The translations under genes were made by a program, and so were the position numbers. From a virus: a DNA stretch of 64,000 bases. The notes under the pieces were generated by a model, which was not told the DNA's origin, did no database searches, and saw only the letters and a list, made by a program, of their open reading frames with translations. Shown here piece by piece: positions 57,558-64,000 of the stretch. Each line of letters starts with the position of its first letter. Position 1 is the first letter of the stretch. The DNA is taken from IMG/VR virus record IMGVR_UViG_3300020469_002640, positions 1 through 64,000 of that record, one strand, 5' to 3'.

Positions 57558-57917
57558 TTATAGATCTTCCATAATGTATTCTACGTGTACTACACCAGCG
57601 CTATCGCCATCGTAAACACCTGTAGATAATAGAGAAATCTCTGTGGCAGCAGTGCGTTTTGCTTGTCCTGCAACAGGCTCTATAATATTAAACTCTACAC
57701 TAGATCCTACTGCAAGAGTAGCACTTAAAGCAGTAGATCCTGCAGCAAGTGCTACGTTAGTTCCACTAGCAAATGCAGTAGTTTCTGTTAAATATACTCT
57801 CGTAATTAATGCACCTGCTGGTAGTGTAATTCTATCAGCTGCTGCAGGATAGTTTCCTGCTGAAGTAACTATGCCAGTTGCAAACGATGCAACATGGACT
57901 CTTCCTAATAATCCCAT
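57558..57917 (-). CDS. Putative capsid decoration / head fibre protein (119 aa)
   Basis: Ala/Thr/Val-rich beta protein (LPAGALITRVYL...GVVHVEY) in the capsid transcription unit. Confidence 0.6.
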   Translation of the reverse strand: MGLLGRVHVASFATGIVTSAGNYPAAADRITLPAGALITRVYLTETTAFASGTNVALAAGSTALSATLAVGSSVEFNIIEPVAGQAKRTAATEISLLSTGVYDGDSAGVVHVEYIMEDL

Positions 57918-57942
57918 TTTATTTTATTTTAAAAAATTAATA

Positions 57943-58884
57943 TTATAAGTTAATTGGTGCAAATCCTGCAGAACCAATGTAACCATTTAACTGTGATTCA
58001 AATTTAGGCTGACCAGTACCTGCATTAGATAGTGCAATGTTAATCTCAATAAGATTATCTACACCATTAATAGCAGAAGTAGTACTTCCGTCTTTGCTAG
58101 CTACAATTGAATATACATCATAAACAGTTGCTGCTACAGCATAAGAATCAGGATTTTTAGGTAAATTTCTTCGGTCATAAAAACCAAATCCTACACCTTG
58201 TAAATTCTTTTCAAGATCTGCAATTTCATTACCATCACCAGAGCCAAATACAACTGTTGCATCAGGAGTACCTCCAGTAAGTGAAATAGTAGGACCTGCA
58301 ATAGTTCCTACACCTACAAGAATAAGTTTAAATGTTGTTGGGCCATATTCCCATACATTACCACTAGCACATACTCCGCCTTTAATTTGTCCGTGAAATT
58401 GAACTTCACCAGCATCTCCATCAGGAGCAGTTGCTGCTAACCAATCAGGAGCTGCTAAAGCGTATGCTGCTTGAATTAAATCTACAGCTTCTGCGTAAGT
58501 TTTACCTGTAGGTATATTTACTGTAAAATTGAACATCTCAGGAGATGGCCCATCTAATCGTACAAATTTTAATTCTAAATCACCACCTGTAGTAGTATCA
58601 TTGTTAGTAATATCTAATTCTGTTATTTGACCCACTTGAGCTACCCCAGTTTTACCACCTGCTGATATAATGTTACGGCCTTTAATCCAAGGACTATAAA
58701 CATTAGGCTTACCAGAAGCTGTACCTTGTACAAATCGAATAGAATCTGAATCCGCAATACCATCACCAGCACCTAATTCAACTGGTCCGTCTGCGCTTAA
58801 TTTTTGGATATTAACTGCCTTATCTACTTCTTTATTAGCACCAGTAGCGGCTACGTTATTTCCAATTAACAAATGTCTTGCCAT
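57943..58884 (-). CDS. Auxiliary capsid protein-like
   Basis: Position three genes downstream of MCP; Gly/Ala/Thr-rich; GSGDGNEIADLEK..GF.DRRNLP..YDVYSI. Confidence 0.6.
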   Translation of the reverse strand: MARHLLIGNNVAATGANKEVDKAVNIQKLSADGPVELGAGDGIADSDSIRFVQGTASGKPNVYSPWIKGRNIISAGGKTGVAQVGQITELDITNNDTTTGGDLELKFVRLDGPSPEMFNFTVNIPTGKTYAEAVDLIQAAYALAAPDWLAATAPDGDAGEVQFHGQIKGGVCASGNVWEYGPTTFKLILVGVGTIAGPTISLTGGTPDATVVFGSGDGNEIADLEKNLQGVGFGFYDRRNLPKNPDSYAVAATVYDVYSIVASKDGSTTSAINGVDNLIEINIALSNAGTGQPKFESQLNGYIGSAGFAPINL

Positions 58885-58906
58885 TTTGTTTTAATTTTAA
58901 TTATTA

Positions 58907-60805
58907 TTATTCATTTTTCATAAGCTCACCCATGTAAGACTTATATCGAGGATCACTAATGCCCTCTAAGATGCTGCTAACTGTCATAGCAACGATCTCT
59001 TCATGAGTATGTTGCGGTAAGTCACAGCTTGTATTTGAAGAATAATTTACAAATACAGGTTTTCTTAAATACTTTAATTTTATACTATATGGAAGTATAG
59101 ATACTAAATCCATACTTTCTTCTGTTACATTTTTTATTAAAGTGTATACTAATATAGAATTAGAATCAAATACACCTAATATTCTATTATCTGTAGGCTT
59201 ATTAAAAGGATCATATAATAAACCTAAAATATCATCATGTTGAATATATTTTATAGGTTTAGATATTCCTGGAAAGTCTTCACCTATTCCTTGTAAAGAA
59301 CTGTACAAAGATTGGCTCATAGTCCAATTATTACTTGCTGCCCATCTTTTATTTCCAGACGGATTAAAAGTAAAATAATCTGCAGCTGTAGATCTACGTA
59401 CGTCTATTTCTCCAGAGTTAAAATTTTCTATATTTGCTAATTGCATAGCATCTTGTACAGACTGTTCTTGTTGATACAGTTCCCAATATTCTGATGCAGC
59501 TAATTCAGTAAGACCTGATGCAGGAAATTCTTCAAAACCATTAGGCCCTGCTACAATTTCTATTTCATTAGGAGCACCTATTAAACCACCATCAGAAGTA
59601 TTTGTAGTTGTAATATTAAATGTTGCATAATATTCTGTATCTAATGGAATACTAATATAACTTGTAAAATCATTTGGATTTTGACTTCCTGTAGTGTCGC
59701 TCAAAATTGCACCTGTAGCTAAATCAACAGATTTTCCTTCAGAAACTAAAGTCTCTGCTAGTTGAGATGCCTGTTCATGTGTTATTAAAAAATTCCAAGA
59801 ATCTGGATCTAACTCTACAGTAAATGTACCTTCTTGATATTCTCCATTATAATTTTCATAAAATATATCTACACCAGGATTTACTTCTCCTACTTGTAAA
59901 ATACTATCTATAACCTTTTGCTCTCTACTCCAAACTGATGCTTCCATGTCTGGAATTACACTAGTGTAATGTTTATTAATTCTTATATTTGAACTTACTT
60001 GCCAAGTATCTCCATAAGTAGTTGTAAAAGGCGGATTATAATTACTTATAACTCTAAAACCACTATTTATATTAGGATTTGTTTGAAAGTGCATAGAATC
60101 AGTACCCATTGGTAAATGCGTCCAATAACCATCTACATATCCGTACTGATTAGGAGTTTGATTTGATAGATTAAGATTCCATAAGTTTCTATTAAATATT
60201 GATTTTCCTCCTATTTCGTTAATAGTAGTAACATTTGCAAAATCAATTTGTCCATTTTCAGTATTTGAAGTTGCTCCTCCTATTATATTTATTGTAGGTA
60301 TCCATCCTCTGAAATAATTTATTTCAGGAGCACCTGGGCGATTTTCTGTAATTTTTAAATCTTGAAGTTGAAACGTAAAAACTACCCTTTGCTCTTTTCT
60401 AGTTTCTAAATTAAATCTAATATCACGTCTACATCCTGGATTTTGTAAAACATTACAATAACTGTTTATATGATATAAATAATTAGTAGGTAAAGTATAT
60501 TTATCTACAAATAAAACATCAAACTGCCCACTAACTGCTGAAGGGTTACTTAAAATTCTACGTTCTTTAAAATGCACATATTCTTCTGAACTAGATACTA
60601 AACTACGTAAATCATCAATACGTTTTTGTGATTGCTCAAATCCTTGTCGGTATAAATTGTTTTTACCGTATTTGAGATTTACAAAACGCATTATAGATTT
60701 GTTAAGTTCTAAATCTATTTCTTGAGATAATAAACTGTCAGCTTGGAGTGAATTAATTTTATCCACTCCTTGCTGTACAGCTATATGCATCTTTTGTATA
60801 TTCAT
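58907..60805 (-). CDS. Neck ring protein with a large internal insertion
   Basis: N-term MHIAVQQGVDKINS..EIDLELNK..GFEQSQKRIDDLRSLV and C-term YLRKP..CDLPQHTHEEIV match crAss ring proteins; ~400 aa lie between them. Confidence 0.75.
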   Translation of the reverse strand: MNIQKMHIAVQQGVDKINSLQADSLLSQEIDLELNKSIMRFVNLKYGKNNLYRQGFEQSQKRIDDLRSLVSSSEEYVHFKERRILSNPSAVSGQFDVLFVDKYTLPTNYLYHINSYCNVLQNPGCRRDIRFNLETRKEQRVVFTFQLQDLKITENRPGAPEINYFRGWIPTINIIGGATSNTENGQIDFANVTTINEIGGKSIFNRNLWNLNLSNQTPNQYGYVDGYWTHLPMGTDSMHFQTNPNINSGFRVISNYNPPFTTTYGDTWQVSSNIRINKHYTSVIPDMEASVWSREQKVIDSILQVGEVNPGVDIFYENYNGEYQEGTFTVELDPDSWNFLITHEQASQLAETLVSEGKSVDLATGAILSDTTGSQNPNDFTSYISIPLDTEYYATFNITTTNTSDGGLIGAPNEIEIVAGPNGFEEFPASGLTELAASEYWELYQQEQSVQDAMQLANIENFNSGEIDVRRSTAADYFTFNPSGNKRWAASNNWTMSQSLYSSLQGIGEDFPGISKPIKYIQHDDILGLLYDPFNKPTDNRILGVFDSNSILVYTLIKNVTEESMDLVSILPYSIKLKYLRKPVFVNYSSNTSCDLPQHTHEEIVAMTVSSILEGISDPRYKSYMGELMKNE

Positions 60806-60820
60806 TAATCTATTATTCCA

Positions 60821-61630
60821 TTATACTGCCAACTCTTTAAGTTTTGCTCTAAGAATTGTCAACGTTCCTGAATTCTTTTTATCTTTTAAGAACACCACAG
60901 CGTCATCTAATGTGTCACCAAGTACCTCATCAATAAAGATAATTTGGTTTCCAATTTTACGAAGAACGCTAGCTGTTACCATTTCTTCAATTTCAGCTTT
61001 TACTTCTAAGTTCTTATCTTTTGCAACTTTTAAGAACTTTTTAGTTTTAGAATTTTTGATTTCATATAGAGCATTTTCTACTTGATCATCAGTCATTCTA
61101 TCTGGATTAGTATTAGATAAAAGTCTTAATACTCGTTTCATATTTTTAATATTAGCTGAAAGTTTAATAAACTCTTTGTCAGCATCTTTCTTAAATTGAA
61201 TTTCAGTATTTTTAACTTTATCTTCTCTAGTTAAATCTTGGATATAAAATCTTTTATTAAAATCTTTATCCATTTCATCTTTTGTCAAAGCTACGTGAGG
61301 ATGTTTAAGTGCAAATTTGTATTTAAGATAATCTATAATACTAATTGGCGACCCATCTTCATTTACTCCAACTTCTAATTCAACTCCTGTAAATCCTACA
61401 GCTATTGTCATTTCTGCCCAGAATGTTTTAGAATGTTTTGGCCAATCAACGTGTTCTGGGCTAACATCTAATAATTCTGTCATTAATTCTTTTTCTTCTT
61501 TAGGAGTTACTCCTTTTAAAGGTTGTCTATTTACATAAACACTACTGAGTTTCATTACAGCCTCAGCTCGCACTGCTTTTGGTAAATGATTATTAATTTC
61601 TTTACGTCTTAAGAATATTTTCTTACTCAT
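60821..61630 (-). CDS. Conserved crAss-like protein immediately downstream of MCP
   Basis: Synteny; SKTFW..., DYLKYKFALKHPHVA..FYI, LGDTLDDAVVFLKDKKN. Confidence 0.7.
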   Translation of the reverse strand: MSKKIFLRRKEINNHLPKAVRAEAVMKLSSVYVNRQPLKGVTPKEEKELMTELLDVSPEHVDWPKHSKTFWAEMTIAVGFTGVELEVGVNEDGSPISIIDYLKYKFALKHPHVALTKDEMDKDFNKRFYIQDLTREDKVKNTEIQFKKDADKEFIKLSANIKNMKRVLRLLSNTNPDRMTDDQVENALYEIKNSKTKKFLKVAKDKNLEVKAEIEEMVTASVLRKIGNQIIFIDEVLGDTLDDAVVFLKDKKNSGTLTILRAKLKELAV

Positions 61631-61697
61631 AATTTAGTACTTTTAAAGTTTTAATTAAGTGGATGTAAAGTATAACTCTCCTATAATTAATTTAGTT

Positions 61698-61723
61698 AAA
61701 GAAGTGGGGGATTGCTCCCCCAC
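61698..61723 (-). terminator. Intrinsic terminator/attenuator after the major capsid gene
   Basis: On - strand: GTGGGGGA-GCAA-TCCCCCAC (perfect 8-bp stem, GNRA loop) followed by TTCTTT. Confidence 0.85.
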
Positions 61724-61768
61724 AACCTAACCAAAAACCAATATATGTGAACCGCAACGCATTGCCTG

Positions 61769-63229
61769 TTACGAAGCTGTACAAGTGATGTCAAGCGAAG
61801 TATCAAATCGCTTAAGCGCGATACCTGCTGTTTTCAACATATGTACAGATGCACCATCCACGTCAGATGCTCTAGCCGAAGTAGAGTCAAACCCACGAGG
61901 AACTACAGAACCTGCTACGCACCATCTCATCATCTCACGACCTTTCTTAGAGATCATTTGTAGGTTTGATTGACCATCGTAATTAGATTGATCAACAAAT
62001 ACCATACGGTAAGACTCAAGTGAGTAACCTGTTACTGGGTGTTTTGCACGAGCTTGTGCAACAGCACCGTGATCAAATAATGGTAATTTTACCACATTGA
62101 TTACGTGACCATCTACATGCTCATACGAGTTAAAGTATCCAGTTAAACCTAAGTTACGACCAGATCCTGTGATGAAACGATTCTCTCCACCAACTTTCCA
62201 AGCGCCTGCAGCACCTGATACAAAGTGATTTTTAAGAGCTTCATCGAATTCACGAGCACCACCGGTACCAGTGTATAATGTAACTTGTTTAGCAGAAGCA
62301 TCAGTCATTCCGTAGAACAAGTCACCAATAATATTTTTTAATTTAGTCTCAGTCATTGTAGAGTAAGTATCTTTATTGATAACTTGCTGTAATAGACCAG
62401 GACCGATAATTACGGGCTGTCCGTTTTCATCTTTCATGTAAGTGTGTCCACTAGCATCATAAGATTTGTTACCATACCAGTAATACATTTCACACTCTTC
62501 TTTAAAGTCAAGCATGTGTAAATACTCTTCATAATCCATCCATAATTTAGTAGTAGATCCACCTTTAGTTGGTAACGAAAACTCTGCTACAAAATCTTTA
62601 GCATTACCAGACATGTGGTAAGACTTACGAACTGTAGTTAATTTGTTACGAACCATTCCTGGAGTTTCCCAGTTAGATGCATTTCCACGAGAGAAATCAA
62701 CTCCTACTGGCGCATACATAGATGCCCAAAGTGCACCTGCAGCAGCGTCTGCTGTTGGAAGAGTTGCTGATGCTGATGGGTTAACTAGTTGTACTGTGTA
62801 CACCCAGTTGCTTCCACCAGATGCCTGGTAAGGCTCTTGCATAATACGTGCTTGCACCCCAGATTGAGATACTAATACGTATGGAAATACGAAATGTTTG
62901 TCAGGGAAAGTCAACTCAAAAGTTGCTCCACCAATTCCTAAAGATGCTCCTGCATTTGCTATTGCTACTGGACGTGTTCTCAATCGTTGTGTCGCTACGC
63001 GATACTCATACTCCAAACGGTCAATAGACTTAACATTGCCAACACCTTCAGTTAAGAAGGATAGTGGAAATCTCTTGTCATCTTTACCTGATAAGTGAGT
63101 AATGATTGGAGATAGTTCAGCAGGCTTAGATAGCAAAGCATTCGCTAGACTGTTCATGTCAGTCATTTGCGAGTCATTATAAAACGTTTTTTGAACGCTT
63201 ACATTTGCTCCTTGATTTAAATTAGCCAT
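61769..63229 (-). CDS. Major capsid protein (crAss-type HK97 fold)
   Basis: 486 aa; FPLSFLTEG, NKLTTVRKSYHMSG, WMDYEEY..KEECE, IGPGLLQQV, YTGTGGAREFDEA, V.KLPLFD, ESYRMVFVD. Terminator downstream. Confidence 0.92.
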   Translation of the reverse strand: MANLNQGANVSVQKTFYNDSQMTDMNSLANALLSKPAELSPIITHLSGKDDKRFPLSFLTEGVGNVKSIDRLEYEYRVATQRLRTRPVAIANAGASLGIGGATFELTFPDKHFVFPYVLVSQSGVQARIMQEPYQASGGSNWVYTVQLVNPSASATLPTADAAAGALWASMYAPVGVDFSRGNASNWETPGMVRNKLTTVRKSYHMSGNAKDFVAEFSLPTKGGSTTKLWMDYEEYLHMLDFKEECEMYYWYGNKSYDASGHTYMKDENGQPVIIGPGLLQQVINKDTYSTMTETKLKNIIGDLFYGMTDASAKQVTLYTGTGGAREFDEALKNHFVSGAAGAWKVGGENRFITGSGRNLGLTGYFNSYEHVDGHVINVVKLPLFDHGAVAQARAKHPVTGYSLESYRMVFVDQSNYDGQSNLQMISKKGREMMRWCVAGSVVPRGFDSTSARASDVDGASVHMLKTAGIALKRFDTSLDITCTAS

Positions 63230-63282
63230 TTTTCTATCTTATTTTTAAAAGTTATATATGCAGTCGTGTTTCCACTAATTGC

Positions 63283-64000
63283 CTAAGTTAATAAATCGAG
63301 ACTTAAATCGTCAAAATCAACATTTGTCTTTCTTCTTGATGCTTTGTTAGCACTCTTAAGAGGCTTACCTGATCTAGATATTTTATCTTTAAGTGTTTTA
63401 GCACTTTTAGTTTTAGCTTTTGAATCTATGATTTTATCTAAATCAAATCCTCGATACATGAGGTAATCCATTGCTAATTTAACATCTAGTTTTGCATCTT
63501 TGTGATCCAAATCTCGCTGTGTGTAACCTTCTTTGGTTACGGGTTTAGAGATATAATCAAAAAATTTCTTTTTATCTCTAGCTGGTAAAGTTACTCCTGC
63601 AAGTTCTGTAGAATCATCTATAGTCTTGCTTAAACCGTCCCAAAATTTTTGTTGCTCTGCTTCAGATTGTTGTCTTTGCTCTTGCTGCTTTGCAATCAAT
63701 TGTTCTCTTTGTTGAGCTTGTGCTTTTACTAAAGCATCTTTTGCTCTTCCAGATCTTTCAAACAACTTGCCACTATCTTCATAATCTTCAAGAGTTTCTT
63801 CTATAAAATCCTTATCATGACCTTTAGCATGAAAATATTCAGCTAAAATAGCTTTTTGTGTTCTAACATCTTCTTTAGAAATATTCAAAGTTGAATAATC
63901 GTTTTTAGCTCCGTAAGTATCCATAAACTGTTTAGAATCTCCTCCCGCAAGAGTATATTCTAAATGCTTCTTAATTATAGGAAACTTATCAAATAACTCT
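63283..64000 (-). CDS. Scaffold-like protein upstream of MCP (5'-truncated by window)
   Basis: Frame stays open to the window end (ELFDKFPIIKKHLEYTLAGGDSKQFMDTY...). Coiled-coil and Gln-rich; synteny with MCP. Confidence 0.7.
   Translation of the reverse strand, partial: ELFDKFPIIKKHLEYTLAGGDSKQFMDTYGAKNDYSTLNISKEDVRTQKAILAEYFHAKGHDKDFIEETLEDYEDSGKLFERSGRAKDALVKAQAQQREQLIAKQQEQRQQSEAEQQKFWDGLSKTIDDSTELAGVTLPARDKKKFFDYISKPVTKEGYTQRDLDHKDAKLDVKLAMDYLMYRGFDLDKIIDSKAKTKSAKTLKDKISRSGKPLKSANKASRRKTNVDFDDLSLDLLT

Larger units (their letters stand above)
1..64000. mobile_element. crAss-like (Crassvirales-related) bacteriophage genome segment
   Basis: Gene order scaffold-MCP-ring/aux capsid-tail-IHF-ring-muzzle-cargo-giant DxDxD virion RNAP on one strand, converging on an rIIA/rIIB/exonuclease block. 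No host housekeeping genes, integrase or rRNA/tRNA seen. Many TAATG/ATGA stop-start overlaps. Confidence 0.92.

Noticed and set aside
5934-63098. Numerous short + strand ORFs (60-185 aa) antisense to the long - strand genes, and nested ORFs in the + block
   Set aside because: They lie inside long motif-bearing genes and have Ser/Leu/Phe/Ile-rich shadow composition; no independent evidence of coding.
1-64000. Stop-codon reassignment (TAG/TGA recoding known in some crAss-like phages), tRNAs, introns/inteins
   Set aside because: Genes up to 13 kb are uninterrupted in code 11, and TAG and TGA end genes at tight junctions. No cloverleaf, intein or homing endonuclease motifs were recognised by eye.

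Overview
The whole window is part of an AT-rich, crAss-like (Crassvirales-related) podophage genome, probably infecting an aquatic Bacteroidota/Flavobacteria host (inferred from the T9SS sorting signal, A-rich leaders without Shine-Dalgarno sites and Flavobacteria-type GCTD repeats). It reads in standard genetic code 11. A short + strand block (1-5590) encodes rIIA, a spore-photoproduct-lyase-like radical SAM enzyme, rIIB and a 5'-3' exonuclease. It converges at a hairpin near 5.6 kb with a ~58 kb - strand virion block. That block runs scaffold-like protein, major capsid protein, ring/auxiliary capsid/hub proteins, tail fibres, an envelope-targeted cassette, M15 endolysin, holin, metallophosphoesterase, IHF-like protein, tail ring, muzzle/stabilisation protein, cargo proteins, a 4329-aa virion RNA polymerase (DYDID) and an 1842-aa polyvalent protein. 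The most unusual items are: (1) a five-gene cassette of envelope-targeted proteins next to the endolysin (T9SS cargo with Cys-rich repeats, outer-membrane beta-barrel, membrane-anchored coiled coil, Cys-less periplasmic thioredoxin fold, 2-TM protein); (2) a probably injected ADP-ribosyltransferase + zincin-like + PD-(D/E)xK nuclease protein; (3) a phage-borne spore photoproduct lyase between rIIA and rIIB; (4) a recurrent basic-x-x-GG / GGFLEPA peptide motif shared by cargo proteins and two tiny basic proteins. All family calls come from motif recognition by eye. No database searches were run, so novelty is unverified.
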